47,026 bases of DNA, taken from IMG/VR virus record IMGVR_UViG_2534681936_000011. One strand, 5' to 3'. Source of the DNA: a virus (Duplodnaviria; Heunggongvirae; Uroviricota; Caudoviricetes). The notes under the pieces are model-generated. The model did not search any database, had not been told where the DNA came from, and was given only the letters and a program-made list of their open reading frames with translations. Position numbers and translations under genes: made by a program. Each line of letters starts with the position of its first letter. Position 1 is the first letter of the stretch. Shown here one piece after another: positions 1 to 8,828 of this stretch.

Positions 1-120
1 TCAGTGTGGTACATGGATATCGATACCACGGCTAAGTATAAATCTGGTGTTACTACCGTGAAAGACTCGGTACGACTGGATCCGTGGGTGTTTATGTTCT
101 CCGCAGGATATCGTTTTTAA
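1..120 (+). CDS. ompW: 3' end of host outer-membrane protein gene (OmpW-like C-terminus), 5'-partial at window edge
   Basis: Frame 1 reads ...SVWYMDIDTTAKYKSGVTTVKDSVRLDPWVFMFSAGYRF then TAA at 118-120. The C-terminal Phe beta-barrel signature and the flanks match the recalled OmpW C-terminus; the middle differs, as expected if phage DNA rebuilds the gene end at attL. Confidence 0.55.
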   Translation, partial: SVWYMDIDTTAKYKSGVTTVKDSVRLDPWVFMFSAGYRF

Positions 121-1284
121 TTTTCTCTGCAAAACCTCTGCAAAACTGGTCATCAAATGACCAGTTTTTTTCCATTCCTTACCGCGTGCGTCGTTGTAAA
201 TATCGGTCATTTTTTGATTCGAATGGCCTAGCAAAATTTTGGTATCAACCCCCTGCTCTCTGAACAATCGCTCTGATAAAGATCTCTGCTCATGGAAAGA
301 GGGTGGGGTGCCATTAGCACGCCAGTTGTAATCCACAGAATCCCGGGCTTTTTTAAATGCAACGGTTAATGTTGCTGGCTTAACCATCCCGCCGCGCTTA
401 GCTGTCCCTTTCGCGTGATGGTGGTGCAATAGCCACGGACTAAGAACGCAATCGCGGCAGGATGACACCACATCATCTAGGGTGAGATTTAATTTATCGC
501 AACGCAGAGCCAGAGGGATGGCAATCCGGGTTCCTGTTTTTTGCTGTTCGACATGACGATAACCATCCCGGATATCCGAAAATTGCATTTTGCAAATATC
601 TGAAAGGCGCTGGCCTGTCATCAGTGCCAGCAGCATACCGCGCTGTAAAAAGTAACCATCCTTTTCCGCTGCGTTATAAATCATCATCCACTCATCAAAA
701 GTCAGTCGCTGTCTTGATATCCGCACCTGCGGTTTTTTTGCAGATTCTGCAGGGTTAAAGCCTGGCGGGACATCGCCCGTTTGCTGAGCTTCCCGGAAAA
801 CATCGATCAGTACTTTCCTGAAAATTTGTCCCATTCTGTTATGTCCTCTGGCCTTGTACTCTTCCAGTACTGATACCACATCTTTTACGGTTATGGCATC
901 TAACGGTCTGGTGCCAAAACGTTCATCAAATACCCTGAGAGGGGCCGCTTTCTGTTTCAGCGTGTTGAGTTTGATCTCGCCGTTTTCATATCTTTCCTGT
1001 TGAATTTTTCTGTAATTATTCAGAAAAATGGTAACGGTTGATGAACCGCCGGTATCACTAATAATTTTCTCCTGCAGACTGAGCATTTGTTCCATTTGCT
1101 GCCGGGCAAGACGGCTGTTCGCTTCTGCTGCAATAGTTTCTGCCAGTTTCTGGTCAATACTGCCGAGACCGTGATTTTTGCCTGTTATGGGATGCCTGTA
1201 ACGCCAGTAAACTTTGTTATTTCTTTTGTCAAAATACGGAGATAATCCCGGAACATCGGTTTTATATTTTCGCGGGCGCGCCAT
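1..1284 (-). CDS. int: Phage integrase (tyrosine recombinase); C-terminal extension runs antisense through the ompW 3' end
   Basis: 427-aa ORF with lambda-Int-like catalytic region (...LLGHSNQKMTDIYNDARGKEWKK). A tail of about 60 aa past the catalytic Tyr overlaps host sequence, suggesting attL lies inside the 3' end. Confidence 0.85.
   Translation of the reverse strand: MARPRKYKTDVPGLSPYFDKRNNKVYWRYRHPITGKNHGLGSIDQKLAETIAAEANSRLARQQMEQMLSLQEKIISDTGGSSTVTIFLNNYRKIQQERYENGEIKLNTLKQKAAPLRVFDERFGTRPLDAITVKDVVSVLEEYKARGHNRMGQIFRKVLIDVFREAQQTGDVPPGFNPAESAKKPQVRISRQRLTFDEWMMIYNAAEKDGYFLQRGMLLALMTGQRLSDICKMQFSDIRDGYRHVEQQKTGTRIAIPLALRCDKLNLTLDDVVSSCRDCVLSPWLLHHHHAKGTAKRGGMVKPATLTVAFKKARDSVDYNWRANGTPPSFHEQRSLSERLFREQGVDTKILLGHSNQKMTDIYNDARGKEWKKTGHLMTSFAEVLQRKLKTISCGEHKHPRIQSYRVFHGSNTRFILSRGIDIHVPH
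146..171 (+). terminator. Intrinsic terminator after the ompW-like gene
   Basis: 8-bp stem ctggtcat/atgaccag with a 3-nt loop, followed by T7 (165-171). Confidence 0.6.
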
Positions 1285-1510
1285 CTTCCAGTATCCTCTT
1301 CAAAGCAGGGTGATCTGTGGCGATCACCTCCGGCTTGTTTACCATTCCGACAAAGCGAGCTTGCGGATCCACTCGCCAGCGTCTTCCAACTTTTTTGGGG
1401 AGAGGAAATATCATTCCGGCTTTAGCGTATTTACTTAACGTACTCGGAGTAGGGACCGGTTCACTGAATTCCTCTTTTGCCCACTCAGTGAGCAGAATAA
1501 GTCTTGCCAT
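1262..1510 (-). CDS. xis: Excisionase (Xis-like winged-helix)
   Basis: 82 aa; overlaps the int start; LTEW...IFPLPKKVGRRWRVD resembles lambda Xis architecture. Confidence 0.7.
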   Translation of the reverse strand: MARLILLTEWAKEEFSEPVPTPSTLSKYAKAGMIFPLPKKVGRRWRVDPQARFVGMVNKPEVIATDHPALKRILEDGAPAKI

Positions 1511-1574
1511 GAGCGTCGTTCGCTAATCATGGTCGCCGCCACTATAGCTGGTGGGCAACGACCGGGGTTGAACA

Positions 1575-4046
1575 TTAAAAATCAGCCTGATTCGGGAGCA
1601 GTTTTTGCCAGATAGTTGAAACGTATTTTGCCTGGTAACGGGCATCATCCAGCGCATTGTGGCGCTCACCTTCGAATGGGATAGCAGTTCTGGCATCGAA
1701 GTCTACGGCTTTCCCCAGCTCAACGATTGTGCGTACATCGCGATCGTTGCAGTAGCGCCACGGGCAGGGGATACCCTGTCGTTCGTATGAACGGCGCAAA
1801 ATAGTGTTGTCGAAGTTGGCCCCATTACCCCAGACCTGAACAAAAAACTCACCGGAGTTTTCGTCGATAAATTCCCGCAATTGCAGTAGTGCATCATCTA
1901 ACGGGATTTCATCGGTCATAATGGCAGACTGCGCTTCACGTGATTGCTTCAGCCACCATTTAATGACGTCACGATCAATGACTCCGCCAGCAGTATCCAG
2001 ATCGATGGTCTTGCTAAATTCTGGTCCCATATCTCCGGTTTGCGGATCGAAAAATATTGCGCCTATTGAGATAATCGGGGCATCGGGATTTTTTCCCATG
2101 GTTTCAAGGTCGATCATCAGATGAATCCCCGCTCTGCTGGTGGATGTGAGATTATGATGACTGTTCGCCTTAATTAAGGGATCTGACGCCTCGCCAGTTT
2201 CACTATCGCTGGCATGATGCTGATTGCCGCCAGTGTTCTCCTTGTGCTGATGTGCAGTACCTTCCATTTCCTCCGGATCATTTTCCTGAACTTCAGGCTG
2301 ATTCTCTTCATCGAATATTTCCTGGTATGTTGCGTCGCCCATCACCGCGCCACAATCAGGGCAGTTGCCGCCGCCGGTCTGACCGCAGGCGGTGCAGACT
2401 TTTTCCACTTCCTGTTGCGCCACTGGTTCAGGCTGTTTCGTTTCTGGCTCGTTTTGTAACGCATTTGGGCTGTTTTGTTCCGCTTTCTGGTCGTTCTGTT
2501 CCGTTTCTTGCTGGTTCTGGTTCACAGAATCGCGGGTTTCAATCCCCTTCACCCATTTCGGATCATTCGGGTCGCTAATCCCTGCAACAAATTCACCACG
2601 TGATGCGGCGAGCAACTGATTGGCGTCAGGCTGGCTGATATTGGCTGCCTGCATAATTTTCTTTACTTCGTCAGCGGTAACTTTTACCGGTTCTGGTTGT
2701 TCAGAATTTTGTGCGGTATTTGCATTTTGCGGTAAGCCTGTGTATGTGCCATTTTTTCGGGCAAAATATTCTTCTTTTGTGATTTCAGTAGCCCCGGCAG
2801 CCAGCGCCTTATCCAGACCAGAAAGTTTGTTTGCGCGACCGTATTTTTCGCAATCCTTGTCGGTGAAGAGGAAGTAGAACGGCCCCTCACGCTCTACAGA
2901 TGGTTCGACTTCCACTTTGCATTCGGTTTTTTCGTTGTCCGGAATTGCCGTTTCCACTGCATCAGTTTCTGGTACTGGCGACGAGAGAGTGTCAGTTGCG
3001 CTCTGATTTGTTCCTTCATCTTCAAACACGCCCTTTGTAGTCAGGTATTCAGTAATGTATTTGTTCAGTGCCACAGGGTCTTTGTGAATGTCGATCGGAC
3101 GTTCACGGACAAGGCCAAAAATAGTCTGGCGGTCGTAGCGAAGGGCATCAGGCTGTTTGCGCATTGATGCCGAGATACGCTTCCAGTCTTCGCGGTCGTT
3201 GTCGATAACTTCATTTTTTGCCCAGCGATGGATGCTGCCGTCAATGTTTCCGGCATCCACATCACCAGGCCAGAGAGCGTAGGCCAGTTCGTCATCCAGT
3301 GTTTTCCATGTCTGCTTATATTCGCGACGAATGACTGCAGTGACAGGGGGGATTTTTTCTGCTGAGTTTTCAGTGTGCTGTCGGTGGACTCTGGCGCGGG
3401 CGAGATCAACAACAGACGTGTATTTTCCGGTTTCCTTGCGTTCACCTTCGCGACGTTTTTTCCAGATGCGCATTTCTGCCTGAATTTCGGGCCATTTGGC
3501 ACCAGGCTTACATTTATGCTTAACCCACCCGATGGCATGCAGCTTAAGCTCCGGATACATGGCGTTAACTTCTGGCATTTTCATCAACGCTTCAACGATA
3601 TGTCCGTCGAATGTTGCCATGTCTTCCTGCAACAATTCCTGCGCGCTAATCACCATATCAACGGTGATGTTTTCACATGTGTCGAACTTAACCATGACAG
3701 CGTTCTGTACTTCAGGGGCCAGCTTGTCAAAAGCGACGTTCATCGGATCTGATTCAGTCTCAACCGGGACAAAGGAAGCAGCCCCCTCATCCCAGCGGTT
3801 TTCCTGCATATATTCAGCATCCCAGGAATCGAGGGCAGGGCGGGGTATACCGGGTTTATCCTCGCAAACAAGAAATTTATAAGCGCAGTCCTGAGCAGCC
3901 GGATAATGCTCCAGGAATTGCCAGTGAAATTTTGCGCGGGCGCGACGTTCATCACCGGCTTCAATGGCAGTGGCTACAGCGACTGCACCTTCTTCCTTTA
4001 TTGCCTGTTCGTCCGGAATGGCGGCGCAAATAAAGACTTTACTCAT
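1575..4046 (-). CDS. Large phage exonuclease with C-terminal DnaQ-like DEDDh 3'-5' exonuclease domain
   Basis: 823 aa; C-terminal motifs MIDLETMG (Exo I) and HNALDDA (Exo III); central acidic Q/E-rich linker and a CxxC...CxxC zinc-ribbon-like motif (CTACGQTGGGNCPDCG). Sits where Qin ydfE lies; no recT/bet partner nearby. Confidence 0.7.
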   Translation of the reverse strand: MSKVFICAAIPDEQAIKEEGAVAVATAIEAGDERRARAKFHWQFLEHYPAAQDCAYKFLVCEDKPGIPRPALDSWDAEYMQENRWDEGAASFVPVETESDPMNVAFDKLAPEVQNAVMVKFDTCENITVDMVISAQELLQEDMATFDGHIVEALMKMPEVNAMYPELKLHAIGWVKHKCKPGAKWPEIQAEMRIWKKRREGERKETGKYTSVVDLARARVHRQHTENSAEKIPPVTAVIRREYKQTWKTLDDELAYALWPGDVDAGNIDGSIHRWAKNEVIDNDREDWKRISASMRKQPDALRYDRQTIFGLVRERPIDIHKDPVALNKYITEYLTTKGVFEDEGTNQSATDTLSSPVPETDAVETAIPDNEKTECKVEVEPSVEREGPFYFLFTDKDCEKYGRANKLSGLDKALAAGATEITKEEYFARKNGTYTGLPQNANTAQNSEQPEPVKVTADEVKKIMQAANISQPDANQLLAASRGEFVAGISDPNDPKWVKGIETRDSVNQNQQETEQNDQKAEQNSPNALQNEPETKQPEPVAQQEVEKVCTACGQTGGGNCPDCGAVMGDATYQEIFDEENQPEVQENDPEEMEGTAHQHKENTGGNQHHASDSETGEASDPLIKANSHHNLTSTSRAGIHLMIDLETMGKNPDAPIISIGAIFFDPQTGDMGPEFSKTIDLDTAGGVIDRDVIKWWLKQSREAQSAIMTDEIPLDDALLQLREFIDENSGEFFVQVWGNGANFDNTILRRSYERQGIPCPWRYCNDRDVRTIVELGKAVDFDARTAIPFEGERHNALDDARYQAKYVSTIWQKLLPNQADF

Positions 4047-4138
4047 TTTGTTTTACCTCATTACAGATTTAAGGGTGAACAAATCCCTGCCATTGCTGGC
4101 ATATAAGAATGAAATCGGATGTTTATTACGGAACTGTT

Positions 4139-4330
4139 TTAAAGACCTGCCGGGATTTCGTTATTATCCTGGTGAATAACTTTATCGACCGGGTAACAGT
4201 TACCGGGAATTTTCTGTTCGGTTGCTGCAGTCACACACTCCTGCATTGTCCTGTGAACACTGACTGCAATATCAACTGGCTCTCCGGAAACAAGAAAAAC
4301 TGTCAGAACAAGTGCAAATGCTGTATTCAT
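4139..4330 (-). CDS. ydfD: YdfD-like small protein with N-terminal hydrophobic segment
   Basis: 63 aa from an ATG overlapping the upstream stop (ATGA); MNTAFALVLTVFLVSGEP...; length and position match YdfD after dicB. Confidence 0.55.
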   Translation of the reverse strand: MNTAFALVLTVFLVSGEPVDIAVSVHRTMQECVTAATEQKIPGNCYPVDKVIHQDNNEIPAGL

Positions 4331-4515
4331 TGCCAGCATCCTTTTTGTATCGGACGTAAACGGGCCAGCATTGAAAGAATGCATATTTTATTTAATAACT
4401 CCCGTTCGTGTTTTCTCTTGTTAATGGCATCTTCAGTAAATACAGGGTTACTGATAGTGACACCAATTTCAAAACAACCTTCAGACGTATTAACGTTTGG
4501 TAATAACGTTTCCAT
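4327..4515 (-). CDS. dicB: Cell-division inhibitor DicB-like protein
   Basis: 62 aa: METLLPNVNTSEGCFEIGVTISNPVFTEDAINKRKHERELLNKICILSMLARLRPIQKGCWQ, near-identical to the recalled DicB sequence; immediately downstream of the DicF-like element. Confidence 0.7.
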   Translation of the reverse strand: METLLPNVNTSEGCFEIGVTISNPVFTEDAINKRKHERELLNKICILSMLARLRPIQKGCWQ

Positions 4516-4684
4516 TATCGCGTCCTCAACAATGAATTTTGTGATGCGGTGCCTGGTGCCTCCAGGTGACGTTAACCAGTTAACAATTAACGCCGGATAC
4601 AGTGAATCCCCCCATAACACTGTTTTTAGCTTTAACTGTTCCGCGTGCGCTTAGCCGCATTCACTGCATCACAAAATTCACTTT

Positions 4685-4740
4685 AAAAAGGGCGGACATC
4701 AGTTCATGGGCAAACAGATGCCGCCAAACGTCACCAGAAA
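4685..4740 (-). ncRNA. dicF: DicF-like small regulatory RNA
   Basis: Minus strand reads TTTCTGGTGACGTTTGGCGGCATCTGTTTGCCCATGAACTGATGTCCGCCCTTTTT: conserved DicF 5' seed, then a GGCGG...CCGCC hairpin and T5. Lies between the upstream ORFs and dicB as in the dicB operon. Confidence 0.7.
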
Positions 4741-5073
4741 ATTGATAACAGAGGGCGTTGCAGCGGGGTTGTCACTTAAGCGTATGGTCAACCTGACAAC
4801 CCGGTGTCCTCAACGGGGAAGGAATAACCCCGCCATACTTACCGCTGCGCCATTTCGCGGAGTGCCACAACCGGAAGCGCACGGTCGACGAAAATTTAAC
4901 GACAGGCTATCTATGAACCAGCAACCTCGCCGTGCGCTTTCGCGTTATGCTCTGACTTTTCAGAGAAATATCCTTTCAGTAAACTGTCAGTGCCGGATGT
5001 TCACCCGTGTCCGGCGCACGCACTCCACTTCACCCGTGGAGAACTCCTTAATTACCAACCCTCAGGAGGGTGA

Positions 5074-5307
5074 ATGTTAAAATCAACTCTTATTGCTAAA
5101 TGCCTTTATCAAAATCGCATGGTAAGCAGCATTTCAATAGGCGAGTCTGCAGTTAAAAGTATTTTCGAAGAGTACTTTCCCGGGCATGATTTTAATAAAT
5201 GGAATACCAAATTACCGCCAGCAGTTTCAACGCGTATTCTGAAAGCAACCGAAAGAGCAAGTACAATTCGCGTTAACTATTTCATTAAAGATTTGTGGGA
5301 TCTTTGA
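5074..5307 (+). CDS. Hypothetical 77-aa protein, opposite in orientation to the early-left operon
   Basis: ATG with strong SD (AGGAGGgtgaATG); AT-rich coding sequence; 3' end overlaps the convergent 135-aa ORF by 23 bp. Confidence 0.4.
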   Translation: MLKSTLIAKCLYQNRMVSSISIGESAVKSIFEEYFPGHDFNKWNTKLPPAVSTRILKATERASTIRVNYFIKDLWDL

Positions 5308-5692
5308 TATCCACAGAGCCTAAAGTATGTGCATATGGATGTGCTATTATGCGCCCTCGCAGATTTGCATCATTTTCTAAATTCACTGAACGAAACAGGG
5401 CATCAACAAGGCTCTGTACAATGCAAAGGCAATCGAAGACTGTCGCCGTTTCTGTTTTGATTGATGAAAGAACATGGCCATTCACGCAAACAGAAATTAC
5501 CCGTTTATTAACATCGCTTTCCTGCTTTTGATTATCAGAACCATATAGCCCAGAAAAAGCATTGCGCACATTACGAACCATATTATCGATGGTTTCTTTT
5601 TCTGCGGTACTAAGGTCAAGAGTAGCCAGTTGTGAACGAACTATATTCGATGCCATTTCCTGTAATGGCGTTGGTAAATCTTTAAATTCCAT
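5285..5692 (-). CDS. Hypothetical early-left protein (135 aa)
   Basis: ORF with GAGG SD 8 nt upstream; no recognisable family. Confidence 0.5.
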   Translation of the reverse strand: MEFKDLPTPLQEMASNIVRSQLATLDLSTAEKETIDNMVRNVRNAFSGLYGSDNQKQESDVNKRVISVCVNGHVLSSIKTETATVFDCLCIVQSLVDALFRSVNLENDANLRGRIIAHPYAHTLGSVDIKDPTNL

Positions 5693-5714
5693 TATTAGCC
5701 TCGTTGGTTAGCTA

Positions 5715-5933
5715 TTAACGTGGGTATGTAATCATTCTGGCAATGCTTAATGCCGCTGCTTTTTCCAGATTGGTGATATCCTGCTCCAGAGCGGACAGAT
5801 TTTCAGCCTGCTTAGCCCTGGCTTCATTGGCCCATTTCAGGTCCTGCACCGCCTTAATTTTCTGGTGCATCCACTCATAAAGTTCATCATCGGTATAGTC
5901 TGGCGCGATGATGACGGGGTCTCGTTTCTGCAT
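5715..5933 (-). CDS. Hypothetical early-left protein (72 aa, coiled-coil-like)
   Basis: ORF in operon context between dicA and dicF; length matches the YdfC slot. Confidence 0.45.
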   Translation of the reverse strand: MQKRDPVIIAPDYTDDELYEWMHQKIKAVQDLKWANEARAKQAENLSALEQDITNLEKAAALSIARMITYPR

Positions 5934-6005
5934 GTCGGCTCCTTGTGGTTAGCGTTGCCTGCTTTTTAACCACATCAGGCGAGGTGGTATCCTCTGAGGG
6001 GTCTG

Positions 6006-6362
6006 TTACTCGAGAGGAAATTGGTTATGAATACAATCAAGTTTTCTTGCCCAGAATGTGGTGGCTAAGTCTTTGACACATCCTTTAAGCCGCAGGGCTC
6101 TGACAGTTTCGCGGGAGCCATCTGCAAAAATTGTGGTCACCTTGTAACTGAAGATGAGTCCTCGCAGTTCGATGACGAAATCGTTGACAATATCTTCGGT
6201 GCACTCACCAGAGACTTTCTGAAGTAAAGGCGCATACCGCTTAGTTACCGCTCTGATAACTCTTACCTGTCCGGCAATGGCGCTGATATCAATATAAAGC
6301 GCCATCGCTGTTTCTTTGCTGATCCCTGGACGCCTTCCATTCTGATGTTTGACTTCGCCCAC
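6006..6362 (-). CDS. Hypothetical early-left protein (up to 118 aa; start uncertain)
   Basis: First ORF downstream of the repressor on the same strand. Confidence 0.4.
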   Translation of the reverse strand: MGEVKHQNGRRPGISKETAMALYIDISAIAGQVRVIRAVTKRYAPLLQKVSGECTEDIVNDFVIELRGLIFSYKVTTIFADGSRETVRALRLKGCVKDLATTFWARKLDCIHNQFPLE

Positions 6363-6569
6363 TGAGAAATCCTCTGCTTCCCCTTAACGCCGGGTAGCGG
6401 AACTGTTTGCTGAGAACACCGTGCGGTGTCTTGATGAGTAGAATTTAGAATAGCCTAAGAGTTATGGTCAAGCTTTTTGTGTAGAAAAACCTAAGCTTCT
6501 TGATGTAAAAAACACAAGTATTTGAAAGTTTGTGCTTTTTATTACAGAGAGTTGCGAAAAAAAGGGGGG

Positions 6570-6977
6570 TTATTTATTTGCGCTTCTTTTGCGAGCTTTG
6601 AGTAGTTCTTCAAAAAGTTTGTTGAAATTCTCAACTCGAGCACGCATCTCTGACAACAGAGCCTTTTGCTCTGACTCAGGCAGTGCGTCGAACAGTTGAA
6701 GCAACTCTTTTTGATCTTCTGTCAGATTGACTGGCTGATTATCTGGGATCGGTTCGCCTGGTTGCTTATCTTCATCTCCAAAAAGAAGCCAAGTCGGCGA
6801 GCACTGAAGCGCCTGGCTCAGTGCGAATAATCTCTTCCCCGCTGGCTGTGTTTCATCTCTTTCCCATTGAGAAATTGTTACGTGAGCCACTTTGACCAGC
6901 TTACCTAATGCGGCCTGAGACAGTTTTAATTTTTTTCGCCTGTATAAGAGGCGAGCACCGAAGGTTTCGTTTTTCAT
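6570..6977 (-). CDS. dicA: DicA-like HTH (XRE-family) prophage repressor
   Basis: 135 aa; MKNETFGARLLYRRKKLKLSQAALGKLVKVAHVTISQWERDE... HTH; length and C-terminus (FNKLFEELLKARKR) match recalled DicA; divergent from a cro-like gene. Confidence 0.85.
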   Translation of the reverse strand: MKNETFGARLLYRRKKLKLSQAALGKLVKVAHVTISQWERDETQPAGKRLFALSQALQCSPTWLLFGDEDKQPGEPIPDNQPVNLTEDQKELLQLFDALPESEQKALLSEMRARVENFNKLFEELLKARKRSANK

Positions 6978-7053
6978 ATTAGGTAATTCTAATTTTTCTT
7001 GACTTAGGTTTCTCTACGATCTAGTTTCCTTAGGAAAATCTAAGGGGTTCGAT
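6978..7053. promoter_or_regulatory. Divergent promoter/operator region between dicA and dicC
   Basis: 76-bp intergenic region with palindromic operator candidates: TTAGGTAATTCTAA (6979-6992) and CCTTAGGAAAATCTAAGG (7028-7045), plus a related element between them. Confidence 0.5.
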
Positions 7054-7281
7054 ATGTTGAAAATTGATGCTATAGCGTTTTTTGGCAGCAAAACAAAGCT
7101 TGCCAATGTCGCAGGAGTTAGGCTGGCAAGCGTTGCTGCATGGGGGGAACTGGTTCCTGAAGGTCGCGCGATGCGCCTGCAAGAGGCATCCGGCGGGGAA
7201 CTTCAGTACGACCCCAAAGTTTATGACGAATATCGTAAGGCAAAGCGGGCGGGGCGGTTGAACAATGAAAATCACCACTGA
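7054..7281 (+). CDS. dicC: DicC-like (Cro-like) regulator
   Basis: 75 aa; MLKIDAIAFFGSKTKLANVAGVRLASVAAWGELVPEGRAM...; divergent from dicA. Confidence 0.75.
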   Translation: MLKIDAIAFFGSKTKLANVAGVRLASVAAWGELVPEGRAMRLQEASGGELQYDPKVYDEYRKAKRAGRLNNENHH

Positions 7282-7816
7282 ACAGGTTTGTGAGGCTCTG
7301 GATACCTGGGTATGCCGACCAGGAATGACACAGGAGCAGGCGACGATATTAATCACGGAAGCATTCTGGGCTCTGAAAGAACGCCCGAACATCGATGTTC
7401 AACGCGTCACGTTTAATGATGGCGAGGTTGATCAACGGGCGCTGGGCGTTAACCGGGTGAAGATATTCGAACGCTGGAAAGCTATCGACACCAGAGATAA
7501 GCGTGACAAATTCACGGCGCTGATTCCGGCAATTATGGAGGCTATCCGGATCAGCGATTTCAGATTGTATTGTGAAATTACTGACGGAAAAAGCATTACG
7601 TACATGATCGCCGGGTTAAACAAAGAATATGGCGATGTGGTGGAGTCCGGGCTGCTTTTTGCGGATCCAGTTGTTGTGGAACGTGAGACTGACGAGCTTA
7701 TAGAAAAAGCTATTGCTTTCAAGCACGCGTATCGTCAGCAATACCAATATTACTTTGCAGATAAACAAATGTCTGCCAGGGGTTCGTATGAGTATCGATG
7801 CACTACGATGGGCTAA
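7265..7816 (+). CDS. Hypothetical early-right protein (183 aa), family uncertain
   Basis: ORF overlapping the dicC stop; second gene of the early-right operon. Confidence 0.5.
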   Translation: MKITTEQVCEALDTWVCRPGMTQEQATILITEAFWALKERPNIDVQRVTFNDGEVDQRALGVNRVKIFERWKAIDTRDKRDKFTALIPAIMEAIRISDFRLYCEITDGKSITYMIAGLNKEYGDVVESGLLFADPVVVERETDELIEKAIAFKHAYRQQYQYYFADKQMSARGSYEYRCTTMG

Positions 7817-8828
7817 AAAGGTGAAAACCGGCAGTTCATCCAGTAAGTCAGTATTGACCTGGCTTGCTGATATGTGCGGTGCCGATTTGTGTGCATACCC
7901 GTCTGTATCTGCACTGGCAGAAGTAACGGAACTGAACAAAAAGACTGTGCAGGACAGCTTACGACACCTGATGGAGATTGGGTTAATTGTTGATACCGGT
8001 GAGAGAAAAGGCAGAACAAAGCAAATTGTGGTGTACCGACTTATCGGTGTAGAAGAAAGTGTTGCCGAGCCTGAATACACCCAAAAACGGGAGTCTTTAA
8101 AGGTGGGTAAAATTGGTGCTGTTAATAAAAACAGTACCGAAAATGGTTATGTTTCAGCACAAAACAGACCCAAAAACAGAACTCTTAGCTGCATGGAAAA
8201 TAACCAAAGACACCCAAATTTTCCATCAAAGACACCCAAAAACGGATCACGGAACCCAAAGGAACCCAAAGATCTAAACCCCACACATAACGCACGCGAG
8301 AGTGCTCCGACCAGTGAGCAGGAAGTTTTGTCGTTACAGGCAGCCCCCCCTGTATTCCTGTATGGCCTGAGCGAACCCATCGGAAAATTCCCGATGAGCG
8401 ATAGCTGGTATCCGTCACGGGATTTTCGACGACGGGCTGCGTTGTGGGGGATGGCTTTGCCGGAGACAGAATTTACACCTGCTGAACTTGCCGCCTTCCG
8501 GGACTACTGGGCAGCGGAGGGGAAAGTGTTTACGCAGATTCAGTGGGAGCAGAAATTCGCCCGTCACGTAAATCACGTCAGGGCGCAGGTTAAACCAGTC
8601 AGCAAAGGGGTAAACCATGCAGCAGCACCAGGTGGCACCGCATCACGGGCAGTTCAGGAAATTCGGGCAGCACGTGAGCAGTGGGAACGTGAAAACGGAT
8701 TTATCAGCGACGGAAACGGCCTGGAAGCTGTGGGAACTCATGGGGGTGGTTTATTCGAACCGCTGGATCCAGAAGAACGGGGCCGCACCTTCGAAGCTCT
8801 GGATTGCACAGATTGGCGCGATGACTGA
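7788..8828 (+). CDS. Replication initiation protein (O-like, N-terminal winged HTH)
   Basis: ATG at 7788 with AGGGG SD; N-terminus MSIDALRWAKKV...LAEVTELNKKTVQDSLRHLMEIGLIVDTGE is HTH-like; lies upstream of a P-like gene. Confidence 0.6.
   Translation: MSIDALRWAKKVKTGSSSSKSVLTWLADMCGADLCAYPSVSALAEVTELNKKTVQDSLRHLMEIGLIVDTGERKGRTKQIVVYRLIGVEESVAEPEYTQKRESLKVGKIGAVNKNSTENGYVSAQNRPKNRTLSCMENNQRHPNFPSKTPKNGSRNPKEPKDLNPTHNARESAPTSEQEVLSLQAAPPVFLYGLSEPIGKFPMSDSWYPSRDFRRRAALWGMALPETEFTPAELAAFRDYWAAEGKVFTQIQWEQKFARHVNHVRAQVKPVSKGVNHAAAPGGTASRAVQEIRAAREQWERENGFISDGNGLEAVGTHGGGLFEPLDPEERGRTFEALDCTDWRDD

Noticed and set aside
1575-4046. RecE/RecT-type recombination pair
   Set aside because: No RecT/Bet-like annealing protein gene flanks the exonuclease; the region between it and xis is only 64 bp.
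4706-5080. 124-aa plus-strand ORF
   Set aside because: Arg-rich low-complexity translation that starts antisense to the DicF-like element and covers the hairpin-rich leader; no convincing RBS.
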